Below, piece by piece: positions 13,332 through 25,749 of a stretch of 64,000 bases of DNA. The notes under the pieces were generated by a model. It saw only the letters and a list, made by a program, of their open reading frames with translations. It was not told where the DNA came from and made no database searches. The stretch is from Camelus dromedarius (Eukaryota): assembly GCF_036321535.1 (NCBI RefSeq), contig NC_087437.1, forward strand, positions 88,228,001 to 88,292,000, given 5' to 3'. Made by a program: the position numbers and the translations under genes. Positions within the stretch are counted from its first letter, which is position 1, and every line of letters starts with the position of its first letter.

Positions 13332-14619
13332 TCAAAACATTTTCATCCAAATCTTCAAAAGCACCTTTTTATAATATTAATCTTTTCCCTTTGCTATTAT
13401 ATATCTTTCAGAGCTGAGTTTCATCTGTTGATGTGTGAAATATCATTGTCGTGTCTTTTATACTTCAAAGACTTCCCACTGTTACAATATAAAACCTACC
13501 AAATTCCTTTCCCCCATATTTATTCATAGCCCTTCCACGCCCCTTTCGAGAACTGCAATTTCAATGTGTAGTTGTGCCAAGAACTACTGCATTCAAGTAG
13601 TCTGAACACCTGCTGTAGAAATACTTCCTTACACAATAGAACTTTAACTGACTGTCCTGAAAATAACTCAACTGCAAGGGAAGATATATGGGTAATCATT
13701 TAGAGAAGACAATGAGCCACAGTGTTAGATAATTCTTAATTTTATGACCATGGTTCATATATAATTTTAAATATTTCCTAAGTGAGAATCGAAGAAGTAT
13801 GATGTGGGTAGTCCTTCTGAACTATGAGAAAAAATACATTAATGAATTACCTGAAATCAGGATTATATACTACTACTTAGTCTATGGTCAACTAGTACAT
13901 GAAAAGAGAGTTATATTATTTGGAGGAAACAAGAGAAAAGTTTAATATTTTAAGCATATAAGAGCTGATGGAAGGACTATCCCAGACAAATAAAGAATTA
14001 AGTGTATACATATCTCGTCAGGTGCTTCTTAAATTTAATAACTCCTGGACAAAGTTACCATTTATCCTTCCTCATGTGATATATAAACTGGGTCAGAAGT
14101 CACAACTCAAGAGATATCTTTACAAGATTGCATACTGTTCTTCACTCATTTGGGTTCATACTGAAATAACTCATAAACTAGTAAAGATGGATATGTCTGA
14201 GCTATTGTTAGAAACAAATATACCTGACATATTCCTGGCCAAAATTTAAGGAATTTCTGTTTGAGGTAGTGTGACTCAATCTGACTTGAAATCATGGAGT
14301 ATGGAAATACAACAATTTAAATTTTGCCTTATTCAAAAAAGCTGCTTCTCTGGGAGTAAGTAAAGATAATGTTGCCGGACTCGACCCGCCACGCCACAAA
14401 TGTGGGTCAAGGAATAGCAGCAAAAGAAAGTTTGGATGGGAATGGAAGATATTATTCCTATGCTCGCTGTCTGCTTGGAGCCCTGAAATGTGTGATCTGG
14501 CAAGCATGGAACTGGGCACTGCTGAAGTGTTACTGTGGCAAGGGCGGTAACATCAAACAGAATGAAAGACGACATACTGATGAAAGAAGTTTCTTTGGGG
14601 ACTACTTGTTCCCCCTACT

Positions 14620-16620
14620 TCCTATCAGGAAACACAATCCTAGAAATGAGAAGAATTTAAACAATAACCAATACCAATTTCTAACAGAATATATATCAAC
14701 TTTCTTTGGCTATAATTCCAAAAAGAATAAACAAATCAAGAAATGACCAGTGTCAAAAGACAATGACAAAATACAAAAATAGAAAGAAAGAGACAAAATA
14801 GAAAGAAAAAACAAGTAAACACTGAAAATTGTTTAGTTCAGGTAAAATGAAACCTGGTACTTATAGCAGAAATTTGAAAAATAGGATAAACTCACCTATC
14901 AAAAGAGAAAAAATATCCAGATTGAGTATTCACATTAGGTAAAAATGTAAGTTAATAATATTTTGCTTATAAGAAAAATCCAAATATAAAATGTCTCAAG
15001 CCAACAAACATTAGGCAAATCTAAAGAAAGGAAGTATAAAAATGTATTAGACAAGATGAATTCCATTAAAAAAAGATAAAATAAATTTCACACAGGAAAA
15101 CTAGATAATCATATATCTTTAAGTGACCAATAATTACACACAACAGTATACAAATAACCATAAATTGGGTATTCAATGGGAAACAGTCAAATATGATTAT
15201 AGATGAGACCTTAATGGATCTCTAAATCAGTAATAGATAAATCATGTAAAATGACATATGAATATAGATGTGATAAACATAATAGTGAATTTCAGTGTTG
15301 TACACAGCACGCAATTCACTGTTTTTCAACTGTACAGTGGTGTTTTCCACAAGTTAAACAAATGTAAATCAAAAAGAAAACTTTACTAGGCCATCTCAAA
15401 TAAAAATCATGCTGGCCACATTTTCTGACCACAATATATAATAATAAAAATAAGCAACAGCTGAAAATATTTAAATACAAACACCAGAAACCTTGTCATT
15501 TATAACAGCTTCTTCAAAATAACTTTTAAATCAAAGAAGAACATTAGACTTCAGTGGTACACTATTTGGTTTGTACTACTGAGAATGATCTATAGTAATT
15601 CTGATAGAATAGCTTTATAAATATAATTATATACTTTTATTTTGCTTAAAGTATGAAATAGACAAAATTTTAGATTCAGAATATTTTATTGTCTATTTTA
15701 AATAGGCAACAGAATAAACTAAAAATTTATTCATATTAACAAGAATTGAGCAAACTAGGTAGATTAAAGTTAGGTGACTGACTGTGAGCTAGCCATAACC
15801 ACAGAAGTAGAAATAAATTTAATATTTCATACTAGTGAGGGTGGAATGACTTTTCCACATATACTATTAGATATTCAAATATAATTTATTTATTTATTTT
15901 TTAATGGATGTACTGGGGGTTGAACCGAGAACCCTGTGCATGCTAAGAAAGCATTCTACCACTGAGCTGTACCCTCTCGCCAACACATGCTGTTAGGACA
16001 ATAGGCTAACTCTTCAGAAAAAAAATCAAGATAGCAACTCATCACACAGGACATATAAAAGTGAATTATAGCTTGATCAAAAAGCTACATATAAAATAAA
16101 TAAGACCATTAAAATTGGAATATATGAACAAATAACCAACAGATCCTGGAATGGAAAGTTGAAGTTTACTTCTGGTTGCATGAAACCCAAACTAAACCAA
16201 AGTTAAAAAAAAAACAAACTGAACTGTTGAATCACATAAAATTTAAACTTATGTGACATCAATAATTACCATGGAACAAGTATCAACAAAGTGGAAAATT
16301 TGCAACATATGACAGACAAAGCTTTGGAAAACATAAACATGTCTATGGTAATATGAGCAAAGAGCACTGACAAATAATTCAAAAATGAGAAATTCAAATA
16401 ATCATAAAATTTTAAAAATTATACTCAACCTTATAGGTAATCTAAAAATATATCAATATCAACAAGAATTGAGATACATAATTTTGGCTAACAATTCCAC
16501 AAAATTTTTAAAATTTGATATAATATTCAATTCTTGTGAGAATGTTGTGATAGAATTATGGATATTTTTGTTCTTTAAATATTTTTATATATTAATGTTT
16601 TCAACAATGAGGAAAATATT
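14620..16620 (+). mobile_element. Highly degraded ancient LINE-1 (L1ME-like) fragments
   Basis: A-rich plus strand with L1 endonuclease C-terminal motif ccacattttctgaccacaat (15416) and later ORF2-like pieces. Confidence 0.55.
15884..15981 (-). mobile_element. tRNA-derived SINE (camelid Vic-1-like)
   Basis: Minus strand reads gagggtacagctcagtggtagaatgctttcttagcatgcacagggttctcggttcaacccccagtacatcc, followed by an (aaat)n tail. Pol III A and B boxes present. Confidence 0.85.
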
Positions 16621-16829
16621 ATTAGAATAAAATCACATTTTTGTATATTAGAAACATCTATAAAATGAGTAATATGAAAGAAAACACTTTTTAGTTTTAA
16701 GTGTAAATTTTGCAATTCATTTTTGTTTTAAAACTAACAATGAAAATGGTAAAATTCATCTTAAAAAACGAACCCAAAGGAGGATGTAGTTTCTTCTTAA
16801 ATATTTTAGGATTAAAGGGCAACATACGT

Positions 16830-17030
16830 AGTTAGAAGATGACTGGACTGAACTGAAATGTGGATCTGTGCCCCCTACTTCCACTATTTATGAGCCCCCA
16901 GCTATAGGACAAACCACTTAGAATCAATTTCCTGTTCCATGAAATGAGGATAATCATTCCGGTCCAAGTGTGAAGATGAAATGTAATAATACATTGGAAT
17001 GCAGTGGTAAAAACTATCAAACAGTTCGTT
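16830..17030 (+). mobile_element. MIR SINE
   Basis: ggacaaaccacttagaatcaatttcctgttccatgaaatgaggataatc. Confidence 0.55.
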
Positions 17031-18779
17031 CTCATGCCATTATGAGTATACCCACGAAATTAGGTAAAGTTTAATTTTGTTAATTATTCTTCTACTTATT
17101 TACTCAATTAGTTTGTATCTAGGAAAGAGTATTTCTTCTCTCATTTAGTGAGGTCCAATATCACTCTTGTATGCTACAGATAATCATAAATTTATTTACT
17201 CAGAAAGCTCCTACTTCTGTACTGTTTCACTATGAATCCTACATATCGGCATCTTACATCAAATTAGATGTTTTTCTGAACGACTGTTCCAACGTGTGAC
17301 ACTGTTTCTAAGGTAACCTCCTTTAGCCAGTGCAGAATTATTGCCTATCTACAATTTTACAATGGTGTGGTGCATTTACATGCTTTAAAAAAAGTGCAGC
17401 ACTCTGTACAGCTTCTCTGCACTTAGGTCCTGAAGTAGCAATGATGTTCAACAGAAGACTGTAGATACTCTCAGTGAAAGGGTAGATCTGGGCGGGTATA
17501 GACAGAAAGAAAACTTGCATAGATTTGAACTAACTCTTGGTAAACTTCTTTAGGACAAAAATGAAGTTTGTCAGGATTTTAACCATTCATTTGAAAGCCC
17601 TTTCCAGGATTATGACTATGAAGGGAAGAATATTAGTTTCTCTCTTCTGATCTCTTATAGGGTTGATGACGGCTGGTTGAACCTAATCAGGTAAGAGGGG
17701 AAAAGATCCACAGAAGAATTTGACAGAAAATGGTTATTTGAGCATTTGAAATCCAGATTCCTTTTTTCAAAACAGAACGTCCCAGATGATACAGTCTCTA
17801 GACTTTAGTTATGAAAGGTAAGAATAGAGAGCTCCAGTGCTTTTATTTTAACTAGAAATATAAAGATTGAAGGGTCTTTGCCTTGTCAAGCACAACTGCC
17901 AAGATCCTAAAGAACAGCTAAAAGATGCCTTGAATTATTAGTCCTGTGTTGCAGTGGCTGCACTAGGTAATCTGTAGACAGAATGTTGAAATGACCACTT
18001 TCCAAATCTGGAACTCATTATTTCAAACATTATTTAATAAGAAGCTATGAAAATATGCAACTAACCTATTCATTGTTACTTGTACCACAAAATTAAGTCA
18101 TCCTTGCTTGTAAGATGAGACAAATTAATCTTTTCCTGAAATGATCTTAGCTATTAATGAAGTAGTCAGGAATCTTGCATGCTATGGTAATTAGAAAACA
18201 AAATCATATTTCATGTACTTTTCAAAATATCACAAATGTCTCAAAAAAGCAAAATAGTATAAGGCAAACACATAATTATAAAGTTAGGGCTTTTGATGGC
18301 TAGGGGTTTGTACATAACCACGACTGATTGAATGTATATATGGTTTCTACTTAAATAAAACATCTATCTCAAAAAAGATTTTATTCCATTAATTTCCATT
18401 ATGAGTATGTTAATAACACTGATATATATATCAGTGTTATAATATATATAAATATATATATTTATAAGATGGAGAAATAACACAAAAATAGAAAATGTTT
18501 ATGTTGAACTGGACCCAAAGACTTCCATATCTTGGATAAAGTTGAAAGTTAAGCATTTGCAAAAGGTGAATGAGTATCAATAACTCTTGATTTAATTGAG
18601 ATAATTCTGTTCAATATTAGTTGACATTGTTTTGAAATAGATGAAAAGACTGATACAAGGAAAATGTAACCACACATTGTCCATTTAAAAAAATAGCAAT
18701 GTCAATACACACTGCATAAAAAATTAAGATAGCTGAGCACTTAATCGGGTTACTGAGTGAGGTTATATAATTTTCTTAC

Positions 18780-18921
18780 CTTGAGGTTTTATTATATAAG
18801 AAAAATAGCCATCTGTCTTGGAGATTGTGGGTACAGAGGATTATTAAGAAGCTTCTCTGAGTTTTTTTGCCTTTTAATTTTATGAGATGGTTTGAAAGAG
18901 TGAAATGCCATAGAGCCACCA
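18780..18921 (-). other. Candidate non-coding (5'UTR) exon of the minus-strand gene
   Basis: Acceptor cttctgtttctctattcag| and donor caag|gtaaga. 142 nt, containing a short closed ORF. Splice signals only. Confidence 0.3.
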
Positions 18922-19027
18922 CTGAATAGAGAAACAGAAGTTTTTGAGGTGATTTTTAGAAAATCACTTCTACCCAAGGGTATCTGTGAAGAGTTTGGTG
19001 TCACAGCTTGTTTATAGGAGCTCTTAC

Positions 19028-19147
19028 CCCAGGCAACACAAGAGTCTGAGATGCCCTTTGATGCCCTTTGTACCAAGCACTATGGTTCCTTCAGTCTTGA
19101 GAAATAGATTAAAAAGACTCAACTCTTGCTTCCAAGGACTCATTGGT
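19028..19147 (-). other. Candidate L2-derived non-coding exon
   Basis: Acceptor tttttcttctctccattag| and donor ggg|gtaaga. 120 nt. The sequence resembles an L2 3' end. Confidence 0.25.
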
Positions 19148-20619
19148 CTAATGGAGAGAAGAAAAATGTAAATAACTAAAATATAATACAGCATGGTAAG
19201 TGTAGCATGGAAGCTTGCAAAAGGTCCGTAACTAATGGACATTAGGGGGTTATTTGTTGGCTAAAAAAGGGGTCTGGAAAGGAAAACAAATAAATATGCA
19301 TTTTGGCAACTGACTAAGAATTTGCCAGATGGAAGAAAGGCTATTCAGAGCTAAGTGAAGAACAGAAGAAAACTGCCCTGTCAGGTAAGTGTGAGTCGTT
19401 CCCTGTTGCTAAAGCATAGCTGCAGGTGGGCAAGGTGAAGTGGCAGGAAGTAAATAGGAACAGAAATTCAGAAACAGGAGGCTGGGAGACTGAGTTACAT
19501 GGCTTGGCTTGTTCCCAGAAGGAACCGGGGAGCCACCAAAATATGGGATAGAAATCTATAAAATTAATTAGGTGAGACGGGTGAGGGGAGTGCAAATGAT
19601 TTATGGGGGCAGGGCTAGATCCAGGGAGATGAGGCTAAAGGTTTTTTAAGAGCCCAGGTCACACATATTGAGTTATAGTAAGTAGATGGATGATCAGGAA
19701 GGTAGATTCAAGAGACCCATTGCATTGACTAAATTTGGCTGGGTAAAAAAAAAAATTAAAAAAAAAAACAACCTGTAAGTTACTCTAATGGGATATGGAA
19801 TATAATAGGCTTAAACATTTAGTGGAGAAAGAAGATGAATTTAATTACGAACCTGTCGATTGAAACTGGAGGTCATTTATCTGTTCTTATGGTGATCTCC
19901 AGGTTCTGTACCTTAATGGGGAGGTTTGAGCTAGATATGCAGAAGAGAGGGGCATTTTCCTAAGTTCAAGTTCCACTGGTACTACCCCACATGACTTTAC
20001 TTCTACTGGGTCATGACATTAAATAACACTGTGTCACATAGTGAGGAATTGATTCCCTTTCCAATTTTCTTTCCCTTTGGGTTGACCCCTTGAGAGAGTT
20101 TCAGTTTGGTAAAAAATTGTTTTTACTTCTGCTAATCTCCCTTATAAGTCTTAGGCTCAAGGCAATAAATATCTGATTAAAATTTAATAACATCACCATT
20201 TTTTGCTATACTCCTTTTTTTTACAAAAAAACCATTGCCTCTTACTTGAGGCAGTAATATTGACTTTCTGTTAAAAACAGTGGTAAGAATTTTATATTTA
20301 CTTATTTATTTTAAGATGTGATTCAATTTAAAGAGAAATTATGTAAAGAAGAAATAATGTGGTATGAAGGTACAGAAAAAATCATGAAGGTAGTTTGTGT
20401 TGTTATGACTTGGATACATCAAAAGAGGATCCTTAGTGGACGATACCAGAAATGAGATTCATCCTCACATTCGGAATAACTAGGTCTATCAAGTCATTTG
20501 GAGGTAACTAAAACCACAGTTACTAATGGAATTATTACTTTATAGGAAGGTCTAGGAAAGATTTCTTATTCCCGTGGATGGGATTCAGTGAGTCGGTTAA
20601 TTGCCAAAAATTATCTGCA

Positions 20620-21600
20620 AATATTTGCACTTATGTGAATTTTTTTTTCCCCTGGGAAGAGATACCATAGTTGTTTGCTGACTTGTTTGTTTTTAGATTC
20701 TCATAGGGATCTTTGACCAAAAGAGAATAAGAAAAAAATGGAAGTGAGTAGATAGGAGAACTAAGGATGAACAGTGGAATAGGATCACCAAATAAGTGAA
20801 GAAAATTCAAAGATACAGGAAGTGGACAAAGAGAATCACTGACTTTCTTCAAGAAGAGGAAGGTATCTTTGAGTTTAAGGGAAGAAAAGGCATGAGCAGT
20901 TAATGGTTACTTTGTCAAATGCCCCTCTGTAGGTCAACAGGCTATAAGATTTCAATGATCAGTAACCTCTGATTTAATAATAGTATGATCACTGCCAGAG
21001 CAGTTTCATGGAGTGATGGGGGTAGAAGCCAGACCGTGGGAGGAGAGGAGTTAAGGGGAAGGGAGGAGATGGCGATAAGAAATAAAAATTACTTTTTTCC
21101 TAGAAGCTGGTTGAGTAAAGGAGGAATGAATAGGAGACTAGATATAGGGGATGTTCAGGATCATGAGAGACCTTTCTGCTTGCTTAAACATGGGAATGAT
21201 ATGATAAGTATAACATACTTAAATGATGAAGTCATGAAATAAAGAAGAGTTTAAAGTTGCAGGTGATAAAAGAATGGTTTAAGATGCAAGGTTTGGAGTG
21301 CGGCAGTTGTGAGATCCAGAGCAGAGAGGGAGGTCAGCTTGACTACAGGTTTGGAAGGAAGGAGAGCAGGTGAGCAGATAAATACACAGGAGTTAGAAGT
21401 AGTAAGGAAGCTTCATTTCTGGGAGAGTCTGAATTCCCAGTAAAGAATTATCCTGAAAGTGAGGAGGCAGAGACAGTTTTGAAAAGAGTAGCAAGCTGTG
21501 TTATAGCTGCTAAGGGAACAAGAGAGGATGCCCACCACCACCGAAAAAAAGGCTTAAAAAAAGATACGATGAGAAGTTGAGTGTCCAAATGGCACGAGAA
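20620..21600 (-). mobile_element. Degraded LINE-2
   Basis: Purine-rich antisense L2 motifs (tgtcaaatgcc, gagcagtttcatggagtgatgggggtagaagccaga). Confidence 0.55.
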
Positions 21601-21799
21601 CTGACTTTACAGTAGTGTCAATTTAGAAAAGTTTATTCTGATGTCCTAGGCAGTACTTCGCTTTAGGAATGTAGGAAGCTGACCAAAGGACTGATGCAGA
21701 TCTGGGGGTTTGAGGGAAACGGTTCCTGATCAACCTAGTTCCACTCCTGACTAATTTCTGTAATTCATCTTTACCGACTATTAAGGGGCTTTGCTCCCA

Positions 21800-23420
21800 T
21801 AGTTGTATTTTTTTTTCTTTAATCAATTTTTCCTTCTGTCTAGCTCATTCTCACTGGTCCAATTCCATCATTAAAGCTCCCATTTTAAAAACAAATCTCC
21901 GTGTCCTGCTCCAGCTACTTTTAATCCTTTTCTTGAAGAAGTTATTTTATACAGAGTATTCCCTTCCTCACATCCCGTTCTTCCTTTTGTACCATTACTT
22001 TACAATACTTTTTAAAAGTATTTTTCAGATTTATGTATAAAAACTTATTTAAAAGTTCGAATAGCTTATCTATGTCTATATAATTCAAAGGTATTAAAGT
22101 CTATACAAAATTTAATCTCCCTCCCAATACTGTACCCTACCACCCACTTTCTCTCCCTGTAGGTAACCACTATTACCCATTTTTTGGCATATACTTTCAT
22201 AAATAGGCTCATTTTCTTTATTCCTTAATAAATGATAACATATCATGCACAATGCATTGCAACTTTTCCTCTTTAATATACTCTGAAGATCTTTTCCTAT
22301 TAGTACATAGAAATCTGCCTTAAAAATTGTAGCATCTAGATAATGTTCCATTAAATATATGCACATAGTGTATTTTGCGTTTCTCCTATTTACAGGTGTT
22401 TATTGTTTTCATTGTTTACTTACATAAAAAGCTACAAGAAGTAACTTTAAACATACATTATTTTTCAAAAGTGCAGGTATATTTGTAAAATAAATCCCTA
22501 GGATTAGAATCATTAGGTCACCAGTCTTTGTTCAGTCCTTATCGGTCAATCTTTTCTCACCACCGTTTCAACTGAAATAGCTCTTATCAAGGTCAAGTAA
22601 AATTTCAAAGCAATTCTTTACCCTCATATAATTTAACTCTCCCACAGCACTGGACATAGCTGATGTCCTCCCTCTTAAAAATACTTTCTTCTTTTGGTTT
22701 CCATGATATTATACCCTTCTGTATTTCCTCCTATTTCACTGATTGCTACTCCTCGGTTTCCTTTTCTGGCTCCTATTCTTTTCAGTGTCCATATTTTAGG
22801 CTGTTCTAGAGCTCTTTTCTCAGACTGATCTTTTAAATTCATTCTCTCCTTTAATCAATTCATAAAGTCCCGCTGTTTAAATACCATTTATATACTGATG
22901 GCTCGCACATTTTTATCTCCAACTCTAACTTTTCCCTTGAGCTCTGTCCCAACTACCTTGCTGATGCCTGCACATGAATGTCTAATAGGCTGCTCAAAAC
23001 TTAACTGCTTCTCCTTAGTCTTCCCATATCTGTTGGTGGCAACTGCATTCTTCCAGCTGCTCTGGTCAGAAATCTAATAAGCATGAGCCTTGATTTCTTT
23101 CCTGCTGTCAACAACTACATTTAATCCATCAAAGTCTTGTCACCTCTACCTCCAAATATAACCAGAATTTGGCCACTTCTCATTATTTCCATGGATATCA
23201 CTCTGGTTAAAGAAGAGGCTAAGAAACCCTAGTAGCCTCTTAACAGGAAGCCTTCTTGCATCTGCTCTTGTCTTTCAAGAGATCATCTTGACACAACTGC
23301 AAGAGGATCCTGGTAAAATAGTCTCCTACTAGAAATGCTTTAATGGCTTCCCATTGTACAGAGAAGAAAATAGATACTTATATATACCGTGGGCTAAGAG
23401 GCCACATATCACTTCTGAGA
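21800..23420 (+). mobile_element. LINE-2 RT/3' region interrupted by an old L1 3' end
   Basis: caactgaaatagctcttatcaaggtca (STETALxKV-like), cagcactggacatagctgat, ccatttatatactgatggctc (YADD-like). Confidence 0.7.
21995..22520 (-). mobile_element. Ancient L1 (L1ME/L1MC-like) 3' end
   Basis: Antisense L1 3'UTR motifs (ccctgtaggtaaccactatt, taaatccctaggattagaatcattaggtca). Confidence 0.6.
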
Positions 23421-25749
23421 GAAGGAAACACCACTAGGGAATTGAAGGTATTATCAGGTCAACACAGTCCTTCTGCTTTAATACTTGTATACACTCACTG
23501 ATATAATTTCTGCCTATTTACATTCATTCCTAGGCTCAGAAACATTTCTCTTTGTACCTTTTCAAGTGGAAGTAGTAGTTTCTGTTACAGATGCCAATTC
23601 CAAGCTTCCCTACTGCACTTCAAGGGTTCTTGACTGTTAGAACAGAAGTTAGTTATTTCTGGTCTAAACTAAAGCTGAGGGAATGGAAAGCAAGGTTTCT
23701 CACTGTGGGGCATAGGACTGTGGTTCTGTATCAGATCACTACAGACGTGTCTCTAGGGGTTTCAGGACTCCATCACTTAAGAATTATTAGTGTTTTCAGT
23801 TAATAACAATCAGATAGCAACATACTGCATCTCATTTCCTGTGCTTCAAACAGCATTCTTCCCACCTCTTAAATTACCATGTCCATGTTTTTGTACATAA
23901 GCCATTTATTACTAGTACACTAGAAAGTACCCTTCAAAAATCTTTTAAATAATTTCAGTAATAGTTAATCAAATTCAAAAGGACCACATTTATTAGATAA
24001 AAAATTCGAACTATCACTCCTCTCATTTCCCATTAAGAATTAAGTTACAGTTTTGCAAGTCTTTGGAAAGAGACATGAACCCAACTTAAAATTAAAAACA
24101 AACAAACAAAAATTCTAAGAAAGGTGGGTGTGTTGTATAATTCTTATAAGCAGCTTTATGGTAGTCTTTATAAGAACAGCATGCTTAAAAACTTCACTGA
24201 TGTAGTTTAGTAACCTATTTATGTATTTAAAACAATGAAAAAGCTGGCTTTGTAAATGTGCTATTATTGCTTAATCCCAGCCATCTATCAAACTTGCCTA
24301 AGGAGGTAAAGTAGCAACAACTGTATCATTCCTTAAACCTTCATTCCAAGAGATCTTTATATACCATTAAAACAGAACAATCCCTTCATATACCTTAGGC
24401 TCATCAGCTCTGTAATAAGCCTCAGTGGATAAAGCTTGATAAATGATTCATACTCACCAAAGGAAGTGTGGGAAAACATACTACAATTTCTTGGACAAAA
24501 TAAGTAAACTAAGTTATTTTTATATCTGTGAACTCCTAGACTAATACTAGGTAAGTTTAAGTATAATGTTTGTTCTACAAACCTCTGAGTTTAATGAAAA
24601 ATCTACCCAAATCATAGAAACACTTCCGATTGGAAACAGCGAAACTTCATTATCAAGCCTGACCTTGAGACACATTTGCATGGGGTCGTGGGGAGCAAGA
24701 ACTCCACTTTCCTTGGAGGAAACACAATATGATGACACTCGAAACTGCTTCTGAGTTTGAAGAAGGAGAAAGGGGAAGAGAAGGAGGAACAGCATCTGCG
24801 AGCCCAGAGGGATGACAGAGTCTTCCTTAGGTTTGCTTTGGCTGTTGACACTCCCACCCCCTCAGTGAAAGCCAGCTAAGAGTCTAGCCCACATCCCTCA
24901 ACTAACACAGAGACAACTCGGTGCACACAACTCTGTGTTAACACAGGGGCATCTCAAACTTAAGAATCATTAGATTGCTGATCACCAAATCAAATGTCAA
25001 AGAATTGTATGGAAATAGAACCAGAGTGAAACCCATTTTGAATGTGTCTCAGTTTCCTGGATTTTGGTATAGCACACCCCCTAAAATTTAATCAAACTGC
25101 AATAACATAGATATTCCAGAAAAACTGAGGGAATGGGGCGGGTGACGCTCCCTGCTTATGTCATCTTAAATGTTCATTTAACAAATCAGCTTCACTATAT
25201 TCCAATCGTCAAGGTGCCTGGAACGTACTTCACAAAGCAGAAAAAGAAGTCTCAAGGTTTCTTCCAAAGTGCATGGCAGTGCACCTTCTGTTCCCATCCA
25301 GTGTCCTATCAGGGGTCACTTCTTTTATGCAAATGTAAATAACCCAAAACCCAAATACAGCATTTGAGGCACCCAAAATGCTAATCACCGTAGGTATTCT
25401 TCCTCAGCTCCTCCATTTTATTCCTTTACTTTCTGAGCACACAGATGCGGCTCTCCCAGCCCCCTTGGGGACAGGAACCTTGAGGATGAACGCTCACTCG
25501 AATCCCCTTTTCCCCTTTGCTCAACCGCCCTTCTAAAGAGAAGGGTGCCTTCCTTCCATGGGCAAGACCCGAAGCAGACATTACGATTGCGAGGTGGAAG
25601 CTCTCTCCTGCCCTTTTACCTCATGGGTTCGTACCCTCGGGAAATTAAGTTAGAAAACTGCTGCTTTTTTCCTGATCTATGCCTCCGTCAGGTTCCTCAC
25701 ATTTCTCTAATCATTGCCTCAGAATCCTCCCCAGATCCAACAGAGGAAT

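Noticed and set aside
15901..15981. tRNA gene
   Set aside because: The tRNA-like head runs into an (aaat)n tail, and related copies at 35.4 and 56.0 kb have TSDs. These are SINEs.
17661..17690. Plus-strand 30-nt micro-exon (cttatag|...cag|gtaaga)
   Set aside because: Splice signals only, with no supporting gene context.
24547..24857. ORFs of 62-82 aa near intron 1, one with a hydrophobic start (MLFLLLFPFLLL)
   Set aside because: The hydrophobic run comes from a CT-rich low-complexity tract. No homology recognised.
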